64,000 nt of DNA, taken from positions 32,550,001 to 32,614,000 of the forward strand of contig OZ024745.1 of the NCBI GenBank assembly GCA_964016885.1, written 5' to 3'. The notes below the pieces were generated by a model. It was not told where the DNA came from. It searched no databases and was given only the letters and a program-made list of their open reading frames with translations. Below are positions 31,259 through 44,605 of this stretch, one piece after another. The position numbers were made by a program, and so were the translations under genes. Within the stretch, counting starts at the first letter, position 1. Each line of letters opens with the position of its first letter. Source of the stretch: Eledone cirrhosa. Lineage: Eukaryota.

Positions 31259-31479
31259 CCATTTAGCATTCAAACAATCCATATCTGGCCAGAATTCTCT
31301 CACCTCTTTCTGTTCAAACCATCTGTAACCAGTTTCTTATACTGATATTAAGATATTGTTCTCAAAATAAATATTATCAAAATCTCATAGATTCAATATT
31401 ATGTGAGATAATTATGTGAGGTAAAGTGTTTACAATGAAAATACAATAGTAAATATACAGTAATGTAAATGCTAAAGGG
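31259..31479. mobile_element. piggyBac-like MITE
   Basis: TTAA on both sides; TIR ccatttagcatt / aatgctaaaggg. Partial second copy at 40480-40640. Confidence 0.75.
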
Positions 31480-32680
31480 TTAAATACTGATTTGGTCTGT
31501 GACATCCTGTCCAATCTTTACTTTCAAGGAAAACAAAATTTAAATGATGATGAGGGTGAGATGTGTATGTGTATATATATAAAATACAATGGGTGATATA
31601 AAAAAAATAAATTGGCAAGTAACTAAATTTCAAATCAGTTCCAGTGAAACTATGTTGGTGATCAGGTTGTAAAGAATGCAATAAAAGTTTTGATACCAAA
31701 AAATAAATTATGAACGGTAAGTGAAGTTAATAGTTTGTGTATAATTGTGAATGACTAAAATGGTCTCATCCACAATGTAATTGCTTTATTTTCAACATAT
31801 ACACTCAGATCAAATCACTTGCCAGACAAGTACAATGCTGTAATGTTGTAGAATTTTCCAACCAAGACTAAAGTAAACTGCTAATTATTTTCTTTTATTT
31901 TTAAATACCATTTTTATATAGAACCTGATAACCTGATCACAAAAGCATTTGATGGCCAACTAATGCAAATATTATCATAATTGAAAATCTAATCTGCAGC
32001 AGATGTACTATCAACATCCAGTAGGTCATCAAAGAATATCCAGTAATCTGTGGCATTGAATAATCACCAATACTTCATTCCCATGTAGTGATTCATCGAA
32101 GAATAAACTTTCCTGGTTTCCCATTGCATTTTCTATGTACATGGTATATACAATTTAATATTTGCACTGTAAGATTATGAAACAATTTACAGTGACAGAT
32201 AAAACTGTTTATAGTGATATAAATCTTTATTCTAGGATATAATTCAGCATCAATGATGGTATATGGTTCCATCATATATAAGTGGATTTCTCTATAAAGC
32301 CTTTATACTTTATTCAAGGGAATTAAGAAGTATTTCTAACAGAATTGAAACCAAACAGTAGACTCTATTCATCAAACATTTGCAGTTAAATCATAATCTC
32401 TATGCAATAATGTGACCTGCTAAAAATGGTAGCTAAATCTTCTTCAAAGGATGCATTAGATAAATTAGTTGTCAAACACATTATGTCTGGGGAAAAGGAA
32501 AAACAAAAAAAAAACATGGGATGGTTCTGGTTGTAATACCTTTGATTCTAGGTCTGCTTGATTATTGTTGACCTAGGGCTAAACAACAACCTACCAGAAT
32601 AACATTATTTTATTACATGTTCCAGCCGACAGGCTGAGGCTATGCTGGGGCACCACCATGGAACAATAAGAAATACTTAC

Positions 32681-32906
32681 AGATGATGCTGTTAACAAGA
32701 ACTGGATTCAGTTGAGTTTTGCCAGCAGCAGGACTTGAGGAGATTGAACAATTGATGAGTTCATGTCTCTTGAAGAAAATATTCATTAGCTGTCTTGCCA
32801 TTCTGCGTCCATCTATTTTGCCTTTTTTATCATAAGCCTTCTTTCTTACCCCATGGAGCTGCTCATCATATATATAAATACTTGATCCTGGTAATAGTTC
32901 TTTCAT
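32681..32906 (-). CDS. BEN-domain protein, exon encoding the N-terminal and central BEN domain
   Basis: tattttatag|ATGAAAGAA...AGCATCATCT|gtaagt, 226 nt, phase 0 to phase 1. MKELLPGSSIYIYDEQL...RRMARQLMNIFFKRHELINCS...QLNPVLVNSII aligns by eye with NACC1/BEND/Insensitive-type BEN domains (ELVxGxxVYI...LLRRLLxxFFxRxxLANS...PLDxxVLxAV). Confidence 0.88.
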
Positions 32907-33299
32907 CTATAAAATAGATATATTATTTTAACATAACTTTATACAAGACAATGAATTAGCAGAAGTGTTGGAGTATCAAACAAAATGTTGGTTATGTCCC
33001 TTTGTTCGTCCACTCTTCTTCCTGTACTTCAACAGCCAGCTTAACAGCAATTCTAAAATCACTCAGTTTTATGCAGATTATACCACTCAGTGAGGGAGTC
33101 TCTACTTGCTAAAAATAGCTATTAAACCTCCTTTAAACTACATTCTTCTGCCTTGTAAAAGAAATACAAATGGCTAGAAGGCCTTTGGCAATATATCTGC
33201 TCAGACAAAGCTGATCTGAAGCTAAACAATAGCAACAATAACTCCCACATCTCTGACAACCTAAACACTTTCAATAGCACGAAAACACAATCATTATCC

Positions 33300-33790
33300 A
33301 TATCATGGAAACATATTCCTCACCCTCTCCAGTCTTGGACAAAATACTTTTTAAAGCCCTCAAAATCATTATAAATGCTAGGCCTCGCAACTCTGAAGTA
33401 CAGTGGGGGGGGGGGGGGGGGCTGCATAGACAACAGTGCTAAAACTGCCTCCCAAAGACCAGTTTTCCTTTTAAAGGTCAAGAAATACTTGAAGCATGAT
33501 CAGCTGCTGAAGATCTACAAAACTTAATGCTGTAATGGAATATTGACTCCACATCTGGATCACATGCAAAAGAGAGCCAACCAATTGATTGGCAAAGAGT
33601 CACTCAATAATACAATACAATCTCTGGACCATAGGTGCATTGTCCTCCCCATAATGCATATTCTATTATTATTTCAGATTCATCTAACAAACCTATTTTA
33701 TCATTTTAGTATGCTAACCCTAGGTTTATATTTTATTCAGTCATTCATCCCCTGAGAGTCAATCCTCTAGAATTTGCTTCCCATCTTTGC
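33300..33790 (+). mobile_element. CR1/Jockey-like LINE 3' remnant (intronic)
   Basis: LDHMQKRANQLIG...IQSLDHRC resembles the C-terminal LDRVQRRAxRLI...LQSLxHRR region. Confidence 0.5.
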
Positions 33791-33969
33791 CTTTTTTCTG
33801 CATATTGTTGACTTACAGATGGACAGCAAACATATCATCTCACTGATCTCAGAGACATCTTTCTTCCTTCTCACTAAGCCATATTAAGGAAGGGGGAAAT
33901 GTTTAGAAAACAGGAGTTAAAGTATTACTTTAGTTTTCAATGATAACAAGCCAAGTTAGGCTAACTTAC

Positions 33970-34130
33970 ACTATATTTGTCAGCAATGTCTTTACTGAGA
34001 AAGCCAGCCAAAGGTCGGTCACTATTGGAACTGATGCTATCATTGCTGCTACTGTTGTGTGGACATGTTGGCAAAGGAGTCATTGGTGCCAAATTCTTAT
34101 CTACAGCATTTGTATAGGTAAGCTGTAAGT
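33970..34130 (-). CDS. BEN-domain protein, internal coding exon (linker before the BEN domain)
   Basis: Minus strand: tttttatttttctag|ACTTACAG...AAATATAGT|gtaagt. Open frame LQLTYTNAVDKNLAPMTPLPTCPHNSSSNDSISSNSDRPLAGFLSKDIADKYS ends in phase 0, matching the next exon. An alternative acceptor at 34122 is possible. Confidence 0.8.
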
Positions 34131-34454
34131 CTAGAAAAATAAAAAAAAAGAAAGAAAAAAGGTCATTGTGAATTCTGTCAAATAAAAAGAAAAAAAGAAA
34201 TTTTACAAAGATAGAAATGAATCTGCACAATAAATCATTGAAGTTGAATTAAAAATAAAACAGTAAAGAGTCAATATAATTCACATTTAATATCAGTATT
34301 TTGTCAAAAACTTATTTTTAATGCTGAACAAATCTCTCATAAAAGATATTTATCAGCAATTGCTTAAACCTTAATGTACCGAGATGTTTGTGAGTGGTTA
34401 AACATGTTAGTTATGTATGAGGGTCAGTTAAAAAGTTGTAGTGGTGGTTGTGGT

Positions 34455-34780
34455 GATAGTAGTAGTAGTAGTAGTAGTAGTAATGTTAGTGGTGGTGGCA
34501 GTAGTAGTAGTAGTAGTGGAGGTGGTGGCAGTAGTAGTGTTAGTGGCAGTAGTGTAATAGTAGTAGTAGTAGTAGTAGTAGTGGAGGTGGCAGCAGCAGT
34601 AGTAGTAGTGGTGGTGGTGGTGGCAGCAGCAGTAGTAGTGGTGGTGGCAGCAGCAGTAGTAGTAGTGGTGGTGGTGGCAGCAGCAGTAGTAGTAGTAGTA
34701 GTAGTGGAGGTGGCAGCAGCAGTAGTAGTAGTGGTGGTGGCAGCAGCAGTAGTAGTAGTGGTGGTGGTGGTGGCAGCAGC

Positions 34781-34812
<32 letters not shown>

Positions 34813-34861
34813 AGGTGGCAGCAGCAGTAGTAGTAGTGGTGGTGGTGGTGGTGGCAGCAGC

Positions 34862-34899
<38 letters not shown>

Positions 34900-35095
34900 A
34901 GGTGGCAGCAGCAGTAGTAGTAGTGGTGGTGGTGGTGGCAGCAGCAGTAGTAGTAGTGGTGGTGGTGGTGGCAGCAGCAGTAGTAGTAGTAGTAGTAGTA
35001 GTGGAGGTGGTGGCATCAGTAGTAGTAGTAGTAGTGGTGGTGGTGGTGGTGGTGGTGGTGGCGGCGGCAGTAGCAGTAGTAGTAGTAGTAGTAGT
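34455..35095. repeat. Compound trinucleotide array (GTA)n(GTG)n(GCA)n
   Basis: Directly visible higher-order repetition. Confidence 0.95.
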
Positions 35096-35636
35096 ATATT
35101 GTGTATAGTGTATGATATGGAATATTGTTCTCTAGGTACTGCTAGTCAGCAAGAGATTGGTATGTTTTATTTGATGGTATTTCTAAACAATAGTTGTGTG
35201 TATTGTAGTAAAGTCGTGCAGAATCAGATAGCTGCCTGCATGACTTTAGTCCATTTATCCAGATATCTTACACCTTTACAATTTACAACAAAGATAGGAA
35301 GTAGTTTATGATGGTGAGATTGAATTCCTGTCATGGTTTCAACCCATGAACAAAACTTGCTAAATACAAATATTAGAAATTGATAATCAGCAAATTATGA
35401 CTGGGGTCTTGTCGGCATGCTGTCCTAATAATAGCTGAAAATTCTCGTCATTTCTAGAGAGAGGCAAAGCCAAGCTGGCTATGTCCTTGTATTCCACAAG
35501 AACTGCTAAAGAATTTGCAGTATCTGACAAAGACAGGTTATATGAGTAATTTAGTAGGAGAATGCTAAAAATAGAAACACCTTGCTTGACCAACCAAAGC
35601 AACTCAACCAATTAAGTCATATTACTGTCCAACTCA

Positions 35637-35810
35637 GGACGGTGGATTGACAGTATCAGTAGAGGGTCAGACGCCATGCTTTGTAGCATAGAGTTACGGC
35701 CCTTTATGGTCTGAGTTCAAATCCTTTTAGGTTAATTTTGCCTTTCATTCTTATAGAATCAATAAAATAAAGCACGAGTAATGCACTGAGGTAATTGTTG
35801 GCTCTGTGCC
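35637..35810 (+). mobile_element. tRNA-derived SINE (major family)
   Basis: ggacggtggattgacagtatcagtagagggtcagacgccatgc...gagttcaaatcc. Confidence 0.8.
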
Positions 35811-36739
35811 AACCGATACAAGTATGGTAAAGTGGATGTGATGATGATGATTGGGAGCAAATTATAATAGGGATTTAGACTGATTCAATGACTAAAGCAT
35901 AGAAGCCTTCACAATTATTCTTACCTTGTTGTCTGCAGAACAGCACAATGATAAGATGTGTGAAAAAACTTGTGTCAGAGCAAACTCAAAACGATATGTT
36001 CTCAGAGCAACACTACCCAAATAAAACATGTTTAGACTAATAGAAATCAGAAAATTCTAAGGAAAAAGTTTTTAAAAACTTACATTTCAGCACCTAGACC
36101 ATAACAGTTCCAACTCGTATATATGTATATATGTTTATATACACACACACACACACACATACACACATATACGCATATAAGTGACCTCAAACAGTTTTAG
36201 CCCAAAACATCATAAAATCTAGTGAAGTGAAGCAGTGTATCAGAATGGCAACTTAAAAAAGAATTTGACAGAAAAAGAAAATAAAAAGAAAAATTGATGA
36301 GGAAAATGGTTGGTTAGAGATGTTTCTTCTGATTCTAATGATATATATACAAAGTGGATATAAACAAATATTGTATTATAAGAAACAGTGAAAATCAGTG
36401 AGATGGAACATTTTAAAGTAAATGCTTCACTAAGAAAATATGAACAAAGGAGGGAAAGCACTAAAAAAAAATACAAAAAAAAAATATATTAATAGTTTTG
36501 AAAAGATGCTCTCAACAGTATGTAAATAAATATAAAGGTTGGGTCAGCTAAAAAATTCAGAGGCTGACTGCGAAGGATTGATGCTAGGCTGTGAAATCTT
36601 GCATGCATTAATTTCAACTCTTCTTATTGTTTCTTTCCAGGAACTATATTGAAAAATAAACCTCATTTGGTCATTCCATGAGAGTATCTTGGTCAGCTTT
36701 AGCATCGGTAATCAGAAGAAGGGAGGTAGATGTAGAGGC

Positions 36740-37185
36740 CAAACTCACTATCTGGTATTTGTGCCAACCCTTACCCATGGTCATGAATCTTGGGTAATGA
36801 CCAAAAGAATGCAATCGCAAATACAAGAGGTCAAAATGAGGTTCCTCCAAAGGGTCTTTGGAGTAATGTTACTCAATAGAGTGTGTAGCTTGGAGATCAG
36901 AGAGTCACTACTTCACCAAATTGAGAGATCACAGCTCCAATACTATGGGCATGTGATTAGAATGTCTTAGGAAAGAATCTCTGGATAGATTTTATGGGCA
37001 AAACCAACTGGCTTGAGACTCAGGCTAGACACTGAGCAAGATGATTAGATAACATCCATGGCCTTGGCTGGTCTCACTTAGGGATCTAGTTGGATCAGTT
37101 GGAGATGGTTGCTTCTGACAGGACCTGCTGGAAGGAGTGTTTGAGGACTTTGCCCCCCGCGACCCTCTCAGGAAGAAGAAGAAGC
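36740..37185 (+). mobile_element. RTE-like LINE 3' remnant
   Basis: VPTLTHGHESWVMTKRMQSQIQEVKMRFLQRVFGV...IERSQLQYYGHVIRM. A related fragment lies on the minus strand at 28400-28540. Confidence 0.8.
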
Positions 37186-37826
37186 TGTTCAATAGTAACT
37201 ATACTACAAACATTTTGAATTAACAAACCATATTTTTAGATATCTACTAAATTGTTATAGGACATTATGAGTTAAAATTGATAGCAAAGCACTAAATAAA
37301 TAAATAAATAAATAATTAGATATCCAGCCAAAATGAGTGTAGATTTCCAGTAATAGCAACAGTGGCACTTTCATGAAATATATGAAAATACATCATCACC
37401 TGACAGTGAAAAAAGGATTCATTTTGAATCCTAGAAAGAACACATGAAGTTAATCAATATAGCTAAAATGCTATAAGCTGCTTATATTATTAATTGATAG
37501 AGTCTTCGTTTAACAAACTGGCATTAGCTTTGACTATAAACCTCTCTTGTGAAAAGAGACCAGTCCATTATGGAATAATAATGAAATGTTGTGGAATATT
37601 ACAGCTTGCTGCTGTTTCATAATTTAAATGGCAGTTGGTTACTGTCCTACTAAAATGTTCTGCATAACTGGCAGCAAATCAAAACCAATATATATGCATG
37701 CACTAAACTAGACAACTTAAGCAGAATTTAAAAGTAACTGGAATTAACTATCTATTTATAATGACACTTAAGACACCAAAGCAAATTAGTTTCTAAAATT
37801 TCAACGGCTTTATTATTAAGAAACAA

Positions 37827-38035
37827 GGGTGTGGATTGGCAGTGTCGGTAGAGCATCGGACAACAAGCTTTGCAGTATAGAGTTTATGGCCCTTTATATT
37901 CTGTGTTCAAATCCCACCAAGGTTAGCTTTGCCTTTCATCCTTATGGGTTTGATCAAATAAAGTACCAGTAATACACTGGGGTCGATCTAATTGAATTTC
38001 CCTTCCCCCAGAATTGTTGGTCGTGTGCCTAATTC
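37827..38035 (+). mobile_element. tRNA-derived SINE (major family)
   Basis: Full-length match to the same family. Confidence 0.8.
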
Positions 38036-40899
38036 AAAAAAAAAGTTACTTATATGTGATAAAAATTGATGAAATTTATTTTATTAATAAAAACAAAACT
38101 TATTAATTCACTTGAAAGACTATCAAAGATTAATCTTTCAGATCAGTACAGAGTAACAGCAATGAATAATTAACTGTTATGATTTAGCAGAAAATATCTA
38201 AAAACAGGTTTGTTAATTCAAATATTTATAGTGTCTTTACTGGTAGACAGATCATTATGATAATTTATAGTAAACTAAAGTAAGGAGTTAATTTTTTAAA
38301 ATAATGCAGTCATGGTGCTGCTTTATACTTTTCAATAACGTTTGCTAATGTGGTTTGATGTAATAGAGGATGTTAAGAATTAAGTAAATAGCATAAGATA
38401 ATTGAAATGTTCACAGAAAATTCTTGTCATTTTAAGTCTTTCACTTTTGATTTCATTTGCAGTCATACTCCATTGAATGTACATCTATTAATCCTTTTGA
38501 TGCCAACCCTCATGAAGCTACCCAAGTTTTATGATACAAACCCACCCACTTTAAAATGTTTACACTTAATATCCTTTCATCATAATTTTATTGAAGAAAT
38601 TTTTCTTAAGTAATGTTCCAAACAGTTACTGATCTAAAATCATTTTATTATATTCCTCTAATATTTTTTATAGCGAAAGGGTTAAGGTAAGCAAGATATA
38701 CACTTTTTTTTTTGTTTTGCTTTCTTCTTCTACCTATCACCTTCATGACCAAACACATCACTTGGATTTGTAAAATAGATAGACCAATCAAAAAGATATG
38801 CATTAATATTTACAATACTTGCCCTATAATATATAACAGGACCTTAGGAAAGTCAATCTTTTCTTGAAGAACTTGCTCTCATTTAATATCAAAAGAATAT
38901 TTGTTCAATGATAAACATTCAATCAACAACTACAGTATTCTTAGTTGAAATTCTAGAACAGTGGTTTTCAACCAGAGAATCTCAAAAAATGATGTAATAG
39001 GCATTTTAGGATTTTGCCATAGAGAAATTCTCAGTTTGGAGACTATTTGAAAGATTATCGTGAAATACATTTAACAAGTGTTTGGGGATTTTTATTTAAA
39101 GTGTAATTGGCATAAATTGTTTTTCCATTATAACTAATATTAAAGGTTACAGAGTTTGTGAAAGGTATATAATCAATTAACCCCTCCCCCTACCTCCAGT
39201 ATTAGACTGGCACTTATTTTTCTCAACCTTGAAATAGTGAAAGGTAAATTCAATCTTAGAGAGATTTGGTTTGTTTGTGTTCATACCTGGTGTATATGTA
39301 TATATTTATTTACCACACCAAACACACATTCTGTACTAACGCCATAGTTTTTGAACTACAATATTAAAGAATATAACCAAATACTATAATGCATTTCATA
39401 TGGTGCTCTACTGATTTTTTTACTATTATCCACTCTATCCTATTTTGTTTATCAATCATAATAACCGAAGATGTCCAATAATTAATTTGCAGTGTTTATT
39501 ACAGAAGAAAAAAAACATAATTAATTAACAAAAAAATAAAGAGTCTCCATAAGTATATTAAACTTAAGAGTAAAGACCTCCTTCAGTCCCAAATGACCAT
39601 GGCTTTTGCACTTGGAAAATTCCCCTCCGACACACAAGTCCGACAAGGTTATTTGTGCTCTTGAGCAACACACTTTATTTCACATTGCTCCAGTTACACA
39701 GCTGTAGAAATGAGTTGTGACGTCACTGGTTCCAAGCTGTATCAGCCATTGCCTTTCCTTTGGACAACATTGGTGGCGTGGAGAGGGGAGACTGGTATGC
39801 GTAGGCAACTGCTAGTCTTCCACATACAACCATATTAAATGTATAGTAAATATAATTAACAATTATTTCCATGTTTGGACATTTCTGAACATTTGTTTAA
39901 GACAGTTCCTCTTGAATCAGAGACAACGTCAATATCGGAACAGATTCAAGTGGGGTTTTATGCAATTTTTTTTTTTTTTTTTTACAAAAGTTTTCATCAA
40001 AAGTGTGTGAAGGAAATAATGACTAAAGTATCCATTAATATCAAAAGGAAAGATGTTAATCATAACATCACGCACAATTCCCATTACATCAGTCTTGTTC
40101 TTTCCATTCCAGAAAAGTATGAAATTTATTTGATAAATACAAATAAGAAAGCTACCAAGTTGTCTCATTTTGGTCAGTTTCTTGATCATAATGATATTTT
40201 GAGGCAGAAAACTTTCCTTTCATAATTAGTATTCTTTAATCAATTATTGTACTGCCAGACACAGATATTTATGTATGAAGAATAGTTAAGAAAGCTATTG
40301 TCTGTCATGTTTGCTAGTTGCTTCTTGTTCAAACAACATGATTTTCATTAAACTTGTCACTTTCATATTAAGACCAGCTTTAGAATTATTATATTCCTTC
40401 ATAACACTGAATTCTGCATCAAAGAATATGAAACTCTTGCTAACAGTAAAATGTTGTTCTAATCATATTTTTATGAAAACATTTAAACCAGCCGTATCCG
40501 GTCAGAATTCTCTCACCTTTTTCTGTTCAAACTGATGTTAAGGTATTGTTCTCAAAATAAATAATATCAAAATTTCATAGATTCGATATTATGTGAGATA
40601 AAGCCTTTACCATGAAAATATAATAGTAAGTATAGAGTAATGTAAATGCTAAAGGGTTAAAATACATCAAGCTACAAGACTTTTCAACATCATCCTAAGA
40701 AATATCATCCATATAACAGAACGTGAAAGGAGAAATAAAGAAGAGGAAAGTGTGTGTGTGTGAGTGAGAGAGAGAGAGAGAGAGACTGTGTGTGTGTGTG
40801 TGTGTAAAAGAGAGAGAGAGAGACTGTGTGTGTGTAAAAGAGAGAGAGAGAGACTGTGTGTGTGTGTAAAAGAGAGAGAGAGAGACTGTGTGTGTGTAT

Positions 40900-40957
<58 letters not shown>

Positions 40958-41299
40958 TGTGTGTGTTTACGAATTTTACCATATAACATTTTCTAACTGA
41001 ACATTAATGTTGGTATGAAGACTATTACTATAACTGTTCTTAACATTGTTAATGTAGTCATTATATTTTCCTCTCTGAATATCTTCTGGGAAATACCAAC
41101 CTTGTTGATGTCATTAGTATAATAAGAAACATGAATATTAAACCTAAAGGGCTGATTAACTATTGTATCCAAATACACAGGGTTTATTATTGCTTATTCT
41201 ACATTAGATTTACACATGACAACCCTTTCAATGCCAAACTGTCTGAAAACATCCTATATACAAAACTGCCAATTTTAAAATGTTTATCCTGGGGTGGCA

Positions 41300-41800
41300 A
41301 GTTTTGAAAGAGCTAGTGCCATCTTCAAGAACAAAGACATACCAATCATCTTGAAATGATAAGCTTATAACCAGTGTATTCTGCCGACTGTTACCTACAG
41401 ATTAGAAACCTGGAACCTAACAAAAACACAAAGTCTGAAGCTACAAACAATGCAAAGAGCCCACGAAAGGATCATATTAGACATCACATGGTGAGATTGT
41501 AAAACCACCGAATGGATCTGAGAAAAATAAAAGTTCATGACATCCTAGAAATCATTAGCAAAACAAAATGGAAGTGAGCAGGACACATTGCCAGAATGAC
41601 TGACAACAGATAGACCAGCAGCATCACCTTCTGGACTTGGTGAGGTCACACAAGAAACCAAGGCCACCAGAAGACCAGGTGGTGAGATGACCTCAAGAAA
41701 ATTGAAACATTTTGGCCATGCATGGCTCAGGATTAGCAAAGCAGAGGCAGCTCAGGGAAAATCTATGTCTAACAATGGAGTTTCCAAGACTGAAGATGTT
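41300..41800 (+). mobile_element. RTE-like LINE 3' remnant
   Basis: Decayed YNQCILPTVTY...ETWNL...KWK*AGHIARMTDNR motifs. Confidence 0.7.
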
Positions 41801-42899
41801 GATCCTTATATTAAAACAATCCATCTTAATTTTATTTTAGACATTTTTGTTAAGTAATCACCTAAATATCAGCTTACTAATGAAAGATTTAGTTATTTTA
41901 TTAAATTCTTCCACATTTTTGGTTATTTTCAAAATTGATTGAAATCCATTGACAGTGTGTTTCATTAGAAATACAATAATGAAAGGGTTAAGCTGCAATT
42001 TAAAGTCATATTTTTGAAAAGTAGGTATGTTTAGGAAGCTGTACAATGCAGGTGGGTTTGAAATACCATGGCAAAAAGTCAGAAGGGAATTGTGAGAGGT
42101 GAGGAAGAAAGCAAAAAGTGAGAGAAGGAGGAAAGTAAAAGGACAAGAATGACTGAGTGTTACCTAAGTAATTTATTAGTCCCAATATTTTTGGATTTAC
42201 CATCTATTATCAAGGAGGGATCCATCTGAGGAGATCTCGGAGAAGTCAGAGATTGTCATTCCTGGTCACTGTATATTTTGAAACTGCTGTTGAGTTAGGG
42301 TCTAAACACACATATGCATGCAAACACATGTGAGGGGCTTGTATGTCATCTATGCATCAATGTCAGTGTATAAAGACACTGTTTGTTATATTTCTATTCT
42401 TGATATAGCAACACTTCAATTTGCTTTACTTTTACTAAAGTTTATTCTGTACTGCTAGGGGAATTCTATAGATAGTCTTATTTAAGGCTATAATCATACA
42501 ATTAATGGAGGTTTCCCAATAAATTGTCAGTGTTTAGCCACTCATTAATTATTTTATCATAATATTCCTCAATTCCATTATCTATTTATGTTTTTTTAAT
42601 TCCTTAATTTTTTACTAACAATAAACCTGACTTTTTCTCCATTAATATTATAGTAAATATAACTATTATAGTAAATGTAAAATTCTTAAAGGGCCAACAG
42701 AGAAAAATATCCAATGAATGATTGATATATTCTGGTTAGAGTAGCAGATGTCTTCAGCTACAGCACCCTTATCTGTATATAAGTAGTTAAAGGCCAAAAC
42801 ACTTGCCTGAGCGGGGGTTTCTGAGGAAGGTTTCTCTGAATACCTTCTGCTGCCAGCTCTCCTGAGAGTTTCTTACCACTATTTATTATTTATGTTAAA

Positions 42900-43068
42900 G
42901 GTAGAGAGTCAGACACCATGCTTTGACGCATAGAGTTACGGCCCTTGCCATTCTGAGTTCAAATCCTGCCGAGGTTAACTTTGCCTTTCATCCTTATGGG
43001 GTCGATAAAATAAAGTACCAGTAATGTACTGGGTAATTGCTGGCCTTGTGCCTAAAATAGAAACAATT
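42900..43068 (+). mobile_element. tRNA-derived SINE (major family), 5'-truncated
   Basis: Same family; flanked by the duplication attatttatgttaa. Confidence 0.8.
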
Positions 43069-44419
43069 ATTTATGTTAACTGTAAACTAATACAGATGGT
43101 GTCATTATTATTTTGATAATTACGTATCCCATTCCATCTCAGTTCTTGAATTATGTTGATCAACATAAAAAGTATCAGAGTACCATATTAAAAAAAATTT
43201 CTTGATCTTTATTGATCTCATTTATGTATATGTATGGTCCCATTAAGCCTAGGGGAGTCATAGGGGTGCCATATTGATATACAATGTTTCTAGGGCCTTT
43301 TTAAACCCAGTGAAGCCCATCTCCTCTCTAAGTCTGAATACAACAGATTTCTTTGAGAGAAGGACAGAAAGATTGAGAGAATGGAAGTAAGGAAAAGATA
43401 AAGAGGAAGAATCAACCCCACTACTTGACTGGTACTTTTTTTATTGACCTCAAATGGATGAAAAGCAAAGTTGACCTCAATTGATCTCATCATTGAAAAT
43501 AGATACATTTGGTGCTGCATACTTTCTTTTCAAATAATTTTGAAAATAATCAAGAATTTAGAGAGATTTAGTAAAAATAATTATCTCATTAAGGTGATGT
43601 TTGGAGCATGGCTTAACAAAGGTTCTTACATAAAATTTTGATGAAAGATTTTTAGATAAATATAAACACTTTAAAACAAATAATTTAGTATTTAATTTGG
43701 TATAATTTAGTATAAGGAGCAGTTTCAATAGATTTGATGCCAAATGCTTGTTATTTTTTAATTACATATTATAATTAACACTAATTCTCAAATCATTACC
43801 ATTATTATCACATCTATTACTATCATTGTGAATTTGATCATTTTATTTCTCCATTTCATTATCTAATTATAATTTTTTAATTCTTCAGTTTTTAACTAAA
43901 AACAATCTAGCTTTTTCTTCATTAATGTTTTAAGAAAAGTAACAATTGGATTCTTAAAGGGGCCCGATGATTACTAAAATTATATCGGTTGGGTAATGTT
44001 TTCTACAGATATCAGTTATATTCTGAACACTTAAAATTATAAATTTCTTATATTTTATTTCTTTATTGTTTTATACAAATTCATTAAATTTCCCTCTCCA
44101 CCAAACTTTGATGCCAATATTTATAGCTGCTATCTAGACTAGGGTTTCCCAACCTGGGTGATATTGTCCTATTGAAACTGCCAATTGTCCTCTTTCTTAT
44201 ACATATCTATCATCTCTCTTTCAACATACACCTCATGTAGAGCTTTTCTGAACCTATAATTAACAGACAGGGCTTTTAACTCCCATTCTCTCTTCTCTGG
44301 GTTTTCCTGTGTTTCTGATTTTGTCAAGTTCTTATTCCGATTTCACTAATATCTAATTAATGTGTTTGTGTGTGTGTGTGGGGGGGGGGGGGGGGGGGGT
44401 TCTTATGGGGGGGGGGGTA

Positions 44420-44605
44420 ACTTAGCATCCCATAACCATCTGTCTATCCTATTTTCTAATGAGCCAGAAGTTAATCTCACTTGCATTTTCGCCTGATTGG
44501 TAGGTGATCAAATGACTGACTGAATTCCTGAAGTTAGTGTTGCAAATAGTTGGGTCATTTGCATCAGTGAATTCTAGGAGCCTTGATCCCTCTTCATGGT
44601 CATGC
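44420..44605 (-). mobile_element. LINE AP-endonuclease remnant (RTE-like)
   Basis: EEGSRLLEFTDANDPTICNTNFRNSVSHLITYQSGENASEINFWLIRK resembles the APE C-terminal motifs. Confidence 0.72.

Noticed and set aside
34374-35108. Poly-Val/Ala and poly-Leu/Pro ORFs
   Set aside because: Trinucleotide array without splice or start context.
35387-35611. 74-aa minus-strand ORF as a further BEN gene exon
   Set aside because: Plausible acceptor but no good donor and no recognisable similarity.
35920-35945. Possible micro-exon cag|ACAACAAG|gtaaga (similar case at 53080-53092)
   Set aside because: Splice-like motifs only; cannot be distinguished from chance without transcripts.
44379-44418. Poly-G runs with G-quadruplex potential
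   Set aside because: Simple homopolymers inside a LINE remnant; length unreliable.
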